Assembly: GCA_965217775.1 (NCBI GenBank)
Contig: CBDCJH010000002.1
Span: 3,904,001 to 3,968,000 of the forward strand
From: Acidobacteriota bacterium
GTDB taxonomy: Bacteria; Acidobacteriota; UBA6911; RPQK01; JAJDTT01
DNA: 64,000 nucleotides
Reading direction: 5' to 3'
The notes beneath the pieces are model-generated. The model worked only from the letters and a program-made list of their open reading frames with translations. It did no database searches and was not told where the DNA came from. Below, piece after piece: positions 29,654-38,699 of this stretch; the stretch's first letter is position 1; every line of letters begins with the position of its first letter. A program made the translations under genes and the position numbers.

Positions 29654-30452
29654 GTATTCGGGGACACCCGCATATTGCAGATCCGCGACGAGCTCATCTC
29701 AATCGTCGCCGGACACCACACGCGGGTCGGGACGAGCGACGAAAGGCGTCTCGCTGCGGACCTCGATCTCGACCTGAAAGGCGAACGCCTCATCTCGACC
29801 GCGGTCGGCCTTCGCGGTGCGTTCGTTCACCAGGAACACGGAGACGGAGCGGGTTCCCGGCGCGATCCAACCGGCAAAGCTCGCCGTGTCGACCGGTCGT
29901 GCGACGGAATGGAGAGCCAGCCCACCGGAGTCGGGAACCGAGCGCGTGCTTGGATCATCCGTCGCCGGCAGGACCATACGGACGGTCTCCTCGCGGGGAG
30001 TCCGCTGCCACCAACTCCGCACGCCACCTGCTCGAGTCTTGGCCCCGGCGCCGTCCACTTGATCGCCGGCGCTTCCATGGCCGTTCTGCGTCCCCGCACC
30101 CTCCTGGACGAGGTGGTAGTCGCCCCAGCGGACGGTGACCTCCAAGGCTTCGACACTTTCGCTCACCAGAAAGCTCAGACCCATCGACGAGGGAAAGAAA
30201 CCCTTTTTGGCGGGTCTACGGTCTTCGCTGGAATCGTCGCCGAGTCCCGCTTTCTCCTTGACCTCGGCCTCGAAGTCGTCGTCTGCATCCGCGTCGCCCC
30301 GCTGCTCGGCCGGCGCCCGGCGCGGGACCAGAAACCCCGTCAGGTACCAGTTGGACGGCCTCTCCCAGCCCCGCCCAGGGACCGACCAGATCGAGATCGA
30401 GCGCCTCCCGGAGCCCGGTGCGGACTTCAACGGGTCGGTTCAGCTTCGCCAC
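29654..30452 (-). pseudogene. drmA: N-terminal remnant of DISARM helicase DrmA
   Basis: LDLVGP, then frameshift to ERPSNWYLTGFLVP, FFPSSMGLSFLV, VFLVNER, FAFQVEIEV, DD*DELVADLQY..VPEYA; cut off at the cytochrome-copy junction. Confidence 0.75.
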
Positions 30453-30474
30453 GTCACCTCCGATCGATTACCGT

Positions 30475-31053
30475 TCACCGCAACAGCGCGCTGACGGCGC
30501 GCCACATCTTATCGAACGAGGGAGCACGCCGACGCGCCACCTCCAGGTCGAAACGGGCGGTCAATGCTGCTTGATCGGCCGTGGGACGATACGATCCACT
30601 CATCTTGCTGCGGAGCCACCCCTTGGCTCCCTGGATCGATTCGGGATCTTCAGGTACGTCCGTGTCGTTCGTAATACCACGTACTCCTCGCAGGGAATCA
30701 ACCGCGGCGATGAACCAGGATTCGTACTCACGGTTCGCCAAAACGACTTCGATCGGAAGGTCGGAGCGCACCGCCCGGGCACGGTCGAGAATGGTCGTCC
30801 GCAGTTCAGCCGGGCAATCGCCATTTGCATCCAGCAGGACGAGGATACGGCCCTCAGCGCCAACACGGATCGCGGCCAATCTCACGTAGCGATCCAATTC
30901 ACCCGCCTTGAGCATACGCCCCCGCGGCACACGGATCGGTTTCACGACATCCGGTGTCGAGAGCGGAGAGACCTCTTGGCCGATTCTTCGAATCAGCAAG
31001 GGTACCGCTTCCGCTTCGCCGTGCCCTTCGACGATGGCGACAACTCTCGCCAT
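30475..31053 (-). CDS. DUF4276 family (TOPRIM-like) protein
   Basis: IVEGHGE, LLDANGDCP, EYESWFIA, PE.I.GAKGWL, Y..TADQ, SF.K motifs; directly downstream of the ATPase. Confidence 0.75.
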   Translation of the reverse strand: MARVVAIVEGHGEAEAVPLLIRRIGQEVSPLSTPDVVKPIRVPRGRMLKAGELDRYVRLAAIRVGAEGRILVLLDANGDCPAELRTTILDRARAVRSDLPIEVVLANREYESWFIAAVDSLRGVRGITNDTDVPEDPESIQGAKGWLRSKMSGSYRPTADQAALTARFDLEVARRRAPSFDKMWRAVSALLR

Positions 31054-31056
31054 GGA

Positions 31057-32277
31057 TCACGCCCCTTGGTGGAACAGTTTCAACCGCTCGGGTGTAGCCT
31101 GCTCCGGGTCCGGCGCGAGTTGGTCCATGCGAAGCAGCTCGCCCGCCGTAAACAGTCCTTCGCGAAGGACAGTGCGGCCGGCATCGTCGAGCCGGGCAAC
31201 TTTCGTTTCGCCATGTTCGGAGACCACGGCCAGAATGGATTCCGCTGGGATCGTCCCTCGATCAAGCAGGTCCGCGCTGTGGCTGGTGACGATCACCGGC
31301 ACGCGCTCGCTCGCTTCGTGCAGTACGTCTGTCAGCACCCCCGCGGCGGCAGGATGAAGGGCCCCTTCCGGTTCTTCGATACCAACGAGCTTTGCATTTC
31401 CCGAATCCATGTCGACGCCTTGAAACAGGGCCACAAGCACACCCAGCGCCCGTAGCGTTCCATCGGATACGTTGTTGGCGAGGAAAGGCCAAGGGTGAGA
31501 ATCGCCGCGGACACGCTGGAGAAACTCCAATGTCAGCTTGGGCCCGAGGGTCTTGGACTCGACACCCACGATTCCGGGCACAATCTTCGAGAGGTACTGG
31601 TTGACGCGCTTCGCGTTGGCAGGGGAACGCGACTTAATGGCATTGAGGACACTGGCGATGTTGCCCCCATCTCTATCCAGGAGATCGCCGGGATCGGGTG
31701 ACTGGAGTTCACGGATCTGCTCCGGATTGAGGTTGTAGAATCCCATTCCTGCCAACGCGTCGTAAACGGGTCGGAACGGCAGGTATCCCGATGCCGGCCA
31801 CAGGTAGAGCCGGTCGCGTGCGCCCGCCGGTGGCGGGTGCGAAATCGAACTGCGCTGGGAACGACCGCGTTCTATCCGGAAGAAGCCTGTCCGATCGGGG
31901 TCCTGGGATTCGACAACGCACTCCTCTCGACGGACGATGTAGCGTCCTTTTGGACCGGCGCCTACTTCGAACGCGTACCAGCCGGTCGCGTTGGGCAACT
32001 GGAGATCGAGACGGATGCCGAAGTGGTTGGGATGGCCGCGCGAGCGCCGTCGAACCTCATTGATCCCGCCACGCTCACGAAGGGCGCGGTCCAGCGAGAA
32101 ATGCAAGGCCTGTGCGGTAAACCGTAGTGAGTCGAGGAAATTGCTCTTCCCGGCGCCGTTCGGGCCGACGAGGATCGTCAGTGGCGCCAGTTTGATATCG
32201 CAGGCGGCGATGCTCTTGTAATTTCGCAGGACGACCCGTGTGATCGTCCTGGGATCAGCGTCAATCTTCACAGACAT
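31057..32277 (-). CDS. ABC-type ATPase (AAA_15/AAA_21 family)
   Basis: RNYKSI, Walker A GPNGAGKS, signature SDGT, Walker B IEEPE..LHP, H-loop TSHS. Confidence 0.9.
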   Translation of the reverse strand: MSVKIDADPRTITRVVLRNYKSIAACDIKLAPLTILVGPNGAGKSNFLDSLRFTAQALHFSLDRALRERGGINEVRRRSRGHPNHFGIRLDLQLPNATGWYAFEVGAGPKGRYIVRREECVVESQDPDRTGFFRIERGRSQRSSISHPPPAGARDRLYLWPASGYLPFRPVYDALAGMGFYNLNPEQIRELQSPDPGDLLDRDGGNIASVLNAIKSRSPANAKRVNQYLSKIVPGIVGVESKTLGPKLTLEFLQRVRGDSHPWPFLANNVSDGTLRALGVLVALFQGVDMDSGNAKLVGIEEPEGALHPAAAGVLTDVLHEASERVPVIVTSHSADLLDRGTIPAESILAVVSEHGETKVARLDDAGRTVLREGLFTAGELLRMDQLAPDPEQATPERLKLFHQGA

Positions 32278-32311
32278 TCCACCCCGAGAGTCAGCTTGCC
32301 AACCACGCCCC

Positions 32312-32440
32312 TTACTTGTAACACACGAGCCGGAAGCCCCGGTCAGCACAATGCCGAGCAAAGGCAAACACCGTGGACAATCCTACGTCGTCCGCGTTCG
32401 GCACCGCATAGAAAACGGAGAGGCCGACACAGAGCCCATC
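32312..32440 (-). pseudogene. Collapsed PIN toxin remnant (only the N- and C-termini remain)
   Basis: LCVGLSVFYAVPNADD resembles a degenerate VDTS..YA..DADD and is joined directly to GLSTVFAFARHCADRGFRLV (AFD.HF...GF type); lies just downstream of the RHH antitoxin. Confidence 0.5.
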
Positions 32441-32696
32441 ATTCCCGGGATGTTTCACAGGCAGAAACGAAAAAGTCGTCGTGGCGGCGGGCGACATCGC
32501 TTCGCCCGGAGTGGAATCGCCCGGCAGCGCTGATTGCACGCTGTGCGCTGCCCGTGTGCGCCCCCTGCTCCTTCCGAGTCAGGAATATGTCCACCCCGTC
32601 GCTCACCAACACCGAGATCGACAATCCCCGCTCCGCGGCAAGCAATCGCAATCGAAGGAGCTGCTGTTGCGTCAACTGCACCGGGGTTCGAGCCAT
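32439..32696 (-). CDS. RHH antitoxin, paralog of 23390-23644
   Basis: LAAERGLSIS...QGAHT..AQRAISAAGRF.S.RSDV.RRHDD shared with the first copy. Confidence 0.65.
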   Translation of the reverse strand: MARTPVQLTQQQLLRLRLLAAERGLSISVLVSDGVDIFLTRKEQGAHTGSAQRAISAAGRFHSGRSDVARRHDDFFVSACETSRE

Positions 32697-32739
32697 AGCC
32701 GACATAATGGTACGTCACCGCCTGAATGACAACATTCCG

Positions 32740-34082
32740 GGTTTAAGGTGGCGGCGGTGGCGGCAAACGCCGTCCCGGCCTTCGCTTCGGACTCGCCGGC
32801 CAGCGCCTGTTCCCACTGGCGTTGGGCCGTCTTTCGATGCCGCGCCAGGGAGATGGCGAACGCCTCGATGGACGACAGCAGCCTCTGTTGCAGGCCGGTC
32901 ACCAGCAGGCCGGCGGCCGCGCGGGCGCGCGCCTTGGCCCTCCGGAACCGTTTCTCCCGCAGGCCGCGGTAGCGGTCGAGAAGCCGTGAGAGGACGAGTT
33001 CCGCGGCATCCTCCGGCAGGCCGTCGATAAGCACACGGCGCACCTCGCGTTGGGGAAAGCCGCCCTGCACTTCGCGGATGTCCTCCTTGAGGCGCCGCAC
33101 CATCACCGCTTCGAGGGCGGCCTTTCCCCGCACCGGCACGCCTCGGGTGAAGCGGTAGGGGTCGAGCAACTCCAGCAGCGTGGAGAAGCTGTTGGAGTGG
33201 CCGTTGTGGGGGGGTGGCGGAAAGGAACAGGCGATGCTCGAACCGGCCGCTGAGGTCGCGGATGGCGCGGGTGAACTTGGTCTCGATGCCGTAACGGCCG
33301 CCGCTCGACGGCGCCGCGTGGTGGGCTTCGTCCAGGATCAGCAGGCTGCCCGGCAACAGGTCGCCCAGCCACTCTCGCATGGGGTCCGCATACGCCGGGT
33401 CGATGAGCAGATTGTGCGAGACCAGAAACCGGCTGTGGGTGCGCCACGGGTTGACGCCGAACCCACGCTCCTGACGGACACGCGCCAGATAAGCCCGGTC
33501 CAGGATCACGAACAGGAGGCCGAAGCGCTCCTCCATTTCGGCCTTCCACTGCTCCAGGACTGACGCGGGCGCGGCGACGACCACCGTCCGGACTTTCTTG
33601 CGGAGCAGCAACTCGCGGGCGATGAGGCCGGCCTCGATGGTCTTGCCCAGGCCGGTGTCGTCCGCGATGAACAGGTTGACGCGCGGCAACCGGAGCGCCT
33701 TGCGCAGCGGCTCCATCTGGTAGGCATCGATCTTGATTCCGGCTCGGAAGGGCGATTGGAAGAGATTGGGATCGGTGGCGGTGACACAGTTCCAGCGCAG
33801 GGTGTGCAGGAAGGCGCTGAAGTGGCGCGGCGGGTCGAAGCCCTTGGCGCCGAGGTCGCTCCACGACTCCTGCTCCAGGATGCGACGGTCGATCTCGAAG
33901 TCCCAGTAGATGTCCAGGGTCTGTCCCTGGGCATCGTCGTCGGCGCAGGCTAAACGCACGCGAGGGAACATCGGCGAGCCGTCTGACTCCACCGATTCCA
34001 CGAGCCACCGACGTGACCGCACTTCCACGAGCTCGCCCACCTTCGGCGGGCGTTCAGGCAGTATTGTGTGCGCGTGTTCCAA
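32740..34082 (-). pseudogene. drmD: DISARM SNF2-like helicase DrmD, frameshifted and C-terminally truncated
   Basis: GELVEVRSRRWLV, LRWNCVTATDP.LFQSPFRAGI, IADDTGLGKT, DEAH, LSATP. A +1 shift in the G7 tract (33208-33214) is followed by HNGHSNSFSTLLELLDP...MVRRLK; the helicase C-lobe is absent. Confidence 0.85.
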
Positions 34083-34183
34083 GTCGCCGTTTCCCCAGAG
34101 GGCCGAGTGTACACTGGCGCAAGTGGCAATTCATGCCTATGGACTATGCCTAGACTACCTAAAAAGTGAATCGAGTTGTGCTC

Positions 34184-34244
34184 GGAACGGGACGTTTCCA
34201 CGGCCCGTCACTCGGGAGTGTGGGGGACTAAAAGTCCCCTCCTA
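34184..34244. repeat. Degenerate REP-like pair
   Basis: GGAACGGGACGTTTCCACGGCCCG and hairpin GGGGACT-AAA-AGTCCCC-TCCT; same layout as 2834-2916. Confidence 0.4.
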
Positions 34245-34371
34245 TGTTGCCTGAAATCGATATGTACTCTACTCCGGACCGCTCCGCCAGTTCTTCGTTG
34301 GTTCGGAAAAATGGGGAAATCCAGTCCTTGGTCCGCTTGACACGGAGTGACTCGAAAAATATCTGTTGAAC

Positions 34372-34566
34372 ATGAAACGAATGGATCTCCTTCTGAATGA
34401 GGAGCTACTCGAAGAGACGTTGCGCCTTAGTGGAGATCCCACCTATTCAAGAACGGTGACACGAGCGATGACCGAGTTCGTGAAACGGGCCAAGGCAGGG
34501 CGGATCCTGCACCTCGCCGGCTCGGGACTATGGGAAGGCGACCTGGACCGGATGCGGGGCAACTAG
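34372..34566 (+). CDS. Orphan VapB-family antitoxin, paralog of 23808-24056
   Basis: LEETLR.SG..TYS..VTRAM.EFV.RAKAGRIL.LAG.GLWEGDL..MR; no PIN gene follows; TTGACA-17-TATCTG upstream. Confidence 0.75.
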   Translation: MKRMDLLLNEELLEETLRLSGDPTYSRTVTRAMTEFVKRAKAGRILHLAGSGLWEGDLDRMRGN

Positions 34567-34591
34567 CGACGCAAGTCCCGTTAGTCACGCC

Positions 34592-36118
34592 TTACTCATT
34601 TCCCTCACGAAGCCGGTTCACGGTGTAGGCGGCCAGCTTCGTCACCAGCGGTTCGCCGTCTTGGGAACGAATTCTCTGCCCCGGGCGCAGTTCGTACACA
34701 CGACCCTTCAACAAGGGATCCGAAAGGCGGAGCGACACTCGGCGTGCATCTTCCGAGACGGACACCTTCTCGATCCGGACCGGAGTGACGTCTGTCTTGG
34801 GCGACCCGTACTCCCCGTGGTAGCGGTAGTAGTAATGGAACAGGGAATAGTCATCGACGAGTGCCGCGGTGGCCGGATCCACCGGCTGGGTGAAGACGAG
34901 GTCGAACCCCGATTCGGTCAACCGCATCTCCTGGATATCCATGGGAGTCTCTCCCGTCCAGGCCACCCGCTGCAATCCCTCTCCGATTCCCCAGATCCGT
35001 GAGGTCTGCGCCACGTAGAGGTCTCCATTCGGGGAGAAGGCCAACCGGATGTTTCCCTTGCGAAGCCCGCGCCCCTCGATGAACGGGAAGCAGGCCCCCT
35101 GCCAGGTCCCCGCGACCTTTTCCAGGTAGACCCGGTGAATCCGGGGATAGGTCCAGTCGGCGATGAACATCTGGCCCGAGTAGGGGCCGAACCGGCCTCC
35201 GGTGCGGTCCTCCAGAGGCTGTCCCAGGGAACCGGCCATGTCGTTCTGAGGAAGCTGGATCGCCGGCATCGTGCGCCAACGCGCCAACGTCTTCACCTCG
35301 ACATCCACGGGGTTGATGCCCTCGAAGTCCGGATGCCAATTCAGAGAGGAGGGGTGTCCATAGAACGATCCGGGCGTGACATGATGCAGAGGAGAGGTCC
35401 CGACCCAGCCCCCCTGGTTGTCGGTGGCGAACAGCGCCCCTTCCCGGTTGAACCCCAGGCCGTTGGGCTGCCGGAAGCCGGAGGCGACGGGCACGAAGTC
35501 GCCGGCAGGAGTGACCTTGATCACCCAGCCGCGATAGGACACGGGTGAATTGTGCCCGAACCGGCCCACCGTTCCGGGCTTGGGGTTTTCAGCGACCCGT
35601 CTCCGATTTGTCGCCGGTCCCCTGCCCGATGACCTGTGACGGCTCGAGCCCGAGGCCAATCCCAGACCCAGGTAGAAGTTCCCTTCCCCGTCCCGGACCA
35701 GACCATAGGCAAATTCGTGGTAGTTGCCCGACATTCCCCATTCGTCGCTGAGGGTCTGGTAGTGATCGGCCCGTCCATCTCCATCGGTGTCAACGATCCG
35801 CGTCAACTCGGACTGCTGCACCACGAAATATTCCCCCGGCTTCCCCGCAACGATTCCCAGCGGGATCTGGAGTCCGGCGGCGAACCGGCTCCAGAGGCCC
35901 GAGTCCTCATCCCGCCGGTAGAGGCCCCCGCGGCGAAAGCAGGCCACCAGCCGGCCGCGTGAATCGAAATCGATCCCGCCTACCTCGGGCGCCACGCCCC
36001 GGGGTGTCTCCACGGTCTCGATCCGGTAGCTCTCCCTGGGGACCTGCGCCAAGGCGGAGAATGGAACGAACCAAGCCGCCGCCAGCCCTAGCAAGACCAG
36101 AGCTCCGGTTTCTCTCAT
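34592..36118 (-). CDS. Secreted beta-propeller protein (sorbosone dehydrogenase/PVC-type-like)
   Basis: Signal peptide; PEVGG, DTDGDG.AD, YHEFAYG, SGFRQPNG, TDNQG.W, QGACFPF; overlaps the cytochrome gene stop. Confidence 0.75.
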   Translation of the reverse strand: MRETGALVLLGLAAAWFVPFSALAQVPRESYRIETVETPRGVAPEVGGIDFDSRGRLVACFRRGGLYRRDEDSGLWSRFAAGLQIPLGIVAGKPGEYFVVQQSELTRIVDTDGDGRADHYQTLSDEWGMSGNYHEFAYGLVRDGEGNFYLGLGLASGSSRHRSSGRGPATNRRRVAENPKPGTVGRFGHNSPVSYRGWVIKVTPAGDFVPVASGFRQPNGLGFNREGALFATDNQGGWVGTSPLHHVTPGSFYGHPSSLNWHPDFEGINPVDVEVKTLARWRTMPAIQLPQNDMAGSLGQPLEDRTGGRFGPYSGQMFIADWTYPRIHRVYLEKVAGTWQGACFPFIEGRGLRKGNIRLAFSPNGDLYVAQTSRIWGIGEGLQRVAWTGETPMDIQEMRLTESGFDLVFTQPVDPATAALVDDYSLFHYYYRYHGEYGSPKTDVTPVRIEKVSVSEDARRVSLRLSDPLLKGRVYELRPGQRIRSQDGEPLVTKLAAYTVNRLREGNE

Positions 36119-38628
36119 TCCCTTCCGCTCCCCACCAGGATCTCAAAGCGAGTGTCCCCGTCGATGGGAATCCGAACGCGGTCCTTCTCTACGGTTCCCC
36201 GGCTCGCGGTCATCCGAACCGGACCCACGACGATCGCGTCGAACCGGAGCGGAACCTGGACCCGCTCGATCCGAAACTCCCACCGAAATCCGTCCGCTGC
36301 TGCCGTGGGACGGATTCGTTCGTAGACCTCCGCTCCGCCCACCGAGTAATGGAATTCCGGGACATCGTCTCGCAGGCGGTAACCCCGAATGCGGCTCTCC
36401 GGAACGCGTTCGGAATCGGCCAACCGGAATGGGAAACGGGTCGACCGGAAAAATCGCCTCCCAGGGATCTTGGGGGTGAGTGTGTAACCGTCGGCTCCGG
36501 TCTTCCTGTGCATGGTGGCCTCAAGATCCAGAAACTCCCCCCGCCAGGCGTACAGGAGACGGTGCGTGCCGGCATCGAAGCAGTAGGAGAGACCGCCGGG
36601 AAGACCCACTGCGATCGCCGCCGGAGTCGCCTCCGGCATGATGGTCCGAACCACGACGCTTGCAGCGGAGGGAACCGGGCGGGTTTCGGCCGTCCAGGGA
36701 TCGGGCGGCGGATCCAGCCCGACGGGAAAAGGGCCGGCCGCACCGACGCCGAGCGCCCCCCAGATCCTCTGAATGCTCTCTTCCCTCTCCTCTGGTGCGA
36801 TGTCCGTGAAGTGCTCCGGCATCGAGGTCCCGGACAGGATCCGGGCAGGATTCAACATGAATCGCCGGTACCACGGATACCGGAGGCGATGAGCGGCGGC
36901 GGCCAACTGGGGCGCCCGCTCCCCCTGGGCCCGGTAGTCCGCCCAGTCATGACAGCCGGTACAGCCCAGGCTTTTTCCTTCCGTGTCCCGCCCCAACAGC
37001 GTCAGTCCGTGACTCGTATCTTGCTGGGACGTCACCGACTCCACGGCAGGAGCCGAAGGATCGAGACCCGAAGCCTGGGCGAACCCGTGGATCAGCGGTT
37101 CCACCTGGTTTCGAGGAAAACCGGGCATGCGCAGAGTGAGCCAACTCCTGAGCCGGACGTTCTCCAGAAGCGCCTGTTCCAGGAATTCGAGCCGCAGCTT
37201 CTCGCCGGCTGCAGTCAGGACCGGCGCTCCGGCCGCCTGCCCGCTGCCGAATTGGTCCATGACATGACAGGCCGTGCAACGGAGCCGGCGGACCCGGCGG
37301 TAGAAGTCATAGACGGGTGCGGGGCTGGTGTCGGGGAATCGTTGTTGAAGGCGGATGAAGTTTCGAATCGCCGCCCGCTGTTGTCCGTCCAAGCGATAAC
37401 GGGGAAGGGTGGGTCCAGGATTTTCAGCCAGACATCCCCCATCCAGAGACAGGTCGGCTGCGGCGGGGGCCGGCGGATGGGAATCGGCGGCATGCTCGCG
37501 GTCCTCCAGCGCGTGACAGGAGAGACATCCCCGGGACCGGATCAGCTCCTCTCCGCGGGCCGCATTGCCTCCCGTCACCGGCTTTCCCGGCGACTCCGGC
37601 CCGGAACTGGTCAGGTAGGCGGCAATCTGCAGCGCCTCCGCGTCATCCAGGTGCAGCGAAGGCATACGGCTCCCAGGATGGTGGCGGGCGGGGTCCTCCA
37701 GGTAGCGGGCCAAACCGGCGACGGTCAGCTTCGACCCGACGCCATCCAAGGAATAACTTTCCGAGGTGTGGCATGCGGTGCAACCCAGAGAGGCGTAGAG
37801 GTCGCGGCCGCGGCCGGCGTCCACGTCCGGCCGGTCCGCTTCTCGAACCGGCAAGCCGGTGATCGCCCGCGAAGTGAGAAACGCCGTTACGTCCCTGGCC
37901 TCCTCCTCGTCCAGCAACGCCGGCATGGTCGCTTCAGGTCGGACCGCGGCCGGATCAAGCAGCCAGCGGTGAAGCCAAACCGGGTCCAGCCCGGCGGCGG
38001 CGGTCAAGTCGGGTCCGCGTCGGCGATCCAGGGATTCAGACCCACTAATGTGACAATTGACGCATCCCAGGTTCTCGACCAGGTCTCGGCCCCGTTCGAC
38101 CCGGTCCTGGTCCGGACCGGGCGCGCTCCCCGGTTCATGGAACAGGACCCGGGAAGGGACCGGCTCCAGAGGAAAATGCTCCGATTCCCAGCGCAGCCGG
38201 AGCCGGGCCGGCCCCGGAAGACGCCGATATCTAAGCCGAATGCGATGTCGGCCGGCGCCCAGGACCACGGCTTCGTTGCCGACCCTCTTACCGCCGACCT
38301 CCAACCGGCCCCCGCCCTCGAATCGATAGCGGCCCGGCTCCAGAATCGAAAGGAAGCCCTCCCACTCGGCTTGGAAACCGGGGTCCAGGGAGGGGTGAAG
38401 GGACTCTCCTTCCTCCAGGTAGAAATTGGGAGTCGGAGTCACCAAGTGGACCCGATGCCGTCCGTCTTCGTAGCGGGCGGCCAACCCCGGCCGGAGTTCC
38501 CTCTTCCCGAGGTCCGGCGGTCCCGGGGACGAACCCGTCTCACTTCCCGGACGGCAGGCACCCATGACGGTCAAGACGAAAAGAATGAGAAGGCCGTCAA
38601 ACCGGAATCGACTCGATTTCGGATTCAC
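36115..38628 (-). CDS. Multiheme (5x CxxCH) cytochrome c lipoprotein with PA14-like N-terminal domain
   Basis: GTG at 38628 after a GGAGGAG RBS; lipobox MGAC; CVNCH, CTACH, CLSCH, CTACH, CTGCH. Confidence 0.85.
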   Translation of the reverse strand: MNPKSSRFRFDGLLILFVLTVMGACRPGSETGSSPGPPDLGKRELRPGLAARYEDGRHRVHLVTPTPNFYLEEGESLHPSLDPGFQAEWEGFLSILEPGRYRFEGGGRLEVGGKRVGNEAVVLGAGRHRIRLRYRRLPGPARLRLRWESEHFPLEPVPSRVLFHEPGSAPGPDQDRVERGRDLVENLGCVNCHISGSESLDRRRGPDLTAAAGLDPVWLHRWLLDPAAVRPEATMPALLDEEEARDVTAFLTSRAITGLPVREADRPDVDAGRGRDLYASLGCTACHTSESYSLDGVGSKLTVAGLARYLEDPARHHPGSRMPSLHLDDAEALQIAAYLTSSGPESPGKPVTGGNAARGEELIRSRGCLSCHALEDREHAADSHPPAPAAADLSLDGGCLAENPGPTLPRYRLDGQQRAAIRNFIRLQQRFPDTSPAPVYDFYRRVRRLRCTACHVMDQFGSGQAAGAPVLTAAGEKLRLEFLEQALLENVRLRSWLTLRMPGFPRNQVEPLIHGFAQASGLDPSAPAVESVTSQQDTSHGLTLLGRDTEGKSLGCTGCHDWADYRAQGERAPQLAAAAHRLRYPWYRRFMLNPARILSGTSMPEHFTDIAPEEREESIQRIWGALGVGAAGPFPVGLDPPPDPWTAETRPVPSAASVVVRTIMPEATPAAIAVGLPGGLSYCFDAGTHRLLYAWRGEFLDLEATMHRKTGADGYTLTPKIPGRRFFRSTRFPFRLADSERVPESRIRGYRLRDDVPEFHYSVGGAEVYERIRPTAAADGFRWEFRIERVQVPLRFDAIVVGPVRMTASRGTVEKDRVRIPIDGDTRFEILVGSGRE

Positions 38629-38699
38629 GGATGATCCGATCCCTCTCCTCCATCTCCGGATCGGTGCGAGCAGAACAGGTCCTGGAGATTCCGCAAGCT

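Noticed and set aside
27514-29793. 759-aa novel fusion cytochrome
   Set aside because: Chimeric read-through of out-of-frame drmA, the truncated cytochrome copy, the deletion junction and intron sequence; no signal peptide.
23001-30452. Stop-codon recoding (TAG/TGA at expected Trp positions in the integrase and drmA)
   Set aside because: Both genes carry other lesions, and intact genes use TAG and TGA as normal stops; simple G>A decay explains it.
35959-38634. 891-aa plus-strand ORF and similar long antisense ORFs (e.g. 5087-6661, 13963-15483, 25769-27253, 61756-63396)
   Set aside because: Antisense shadows of real genes in high-GC DNA, with no recognisable motifs.
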